From: a virus
Lineage: Duplodnaviria > Heunggongvirae > Uroviricota > Caudoviricetes
Reading direction: 5' to 3' (one strand)
Length of the DNA stretch: 14,203 nucleotides
Virus record (IMG/VR): IMGVR_UViG_2695420646_000007
Part shown: positions 14,032-14,203 of the stretch, piece after piece
Position numbering within the stretch: the stretch's first letter is position 1
Layout of the letters: every line of letters begins with the position of its first letter
Translations under genes and position numbers: made by a program
The notes under the pieces: model-generated
Database searches by the model: none
What the model was told of the DNA's origin: nothing
What the model saw: the letters and a program-made list of their open reading frames with translations, nothing else

Positions 14032-14127
14032 ATGAAATCCATGGATAAGTTAACAACGGGCATTGCCTACGGCACCTCCGCAGGCAGTGCTGGCTACTGG
14101 TTTTTACAGCTGCTCGATAAAGTGTAA
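14032..14127 (+). pseudogene. Truncated S21-type pinholin start (31 codons) with dual-start MKSM motif
   Basis: GGAGGTGAGG then ATG at 14032; [31 protein letters not shown] then TAA. The first 27 or so residues match the phage 21 / DLP12 EssD holin N-terminus from memory; that family is about 71 aa. No alternative frame continues the homology. Confidence 0.4.
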
Positions 14128-14160
14128 GCGTCAACGGAGCACCGTATTGACGCTTATTTA
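14128..14160 (+). terminator. Hairpin with T-rich tail directly after the truncated holin frame
   Basis: GCGTCAA-(12 nt loop)-TTGACGC (14128..14153) followed by TTATTTATTGG. Stem is 7 bp; the U-tract is interrupted, so this is a weak terminator call. Confidence 0.3.
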
Positions 14161-14203
14161 TTGGTGAGTACTACGTTCCATGGCAGGAGTTCATCAACTC
14201 GGT

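Overview
This window reads as the early-left, immunity, replication, nin and Q portion of a mosaic lambdoid prophage from an E. coli-like enterobacterial genome. All identifications are from reading the sequence and from memory of protein families; nothing was searched. Left to right: lambda-type bet (partial) and gam on the minus strand, a possible N-like gene, a pL/OL region, then a minus-strand operon of cI-like repressor plus two AT-rich cargo genes sitting where lambda carries rexA-rexB. Rightward of OR: cro-like, a YdaT-like protein in the cII position, a chimeric O with in-gene iterons, lambda-type P and ren, a roughly 2 kb insertion of unfamiliar genes, then a DLP12-type nin/Q block (ybcN, ninE, ybcO, rusA, ylcG, Q), pR'/tR', a three-gene moron cluster and a truncated pinholin start. 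The most interesting candidate is the cI-linked pair: an atypical HipA-like kinase and a 268-aa partner, plausibly a lysogen-expressed defence or toxin system. The insertion between ren and ybcN is a second candidate. No rRNA, tRNA, CRISPR array, transposase or integrase was seen.
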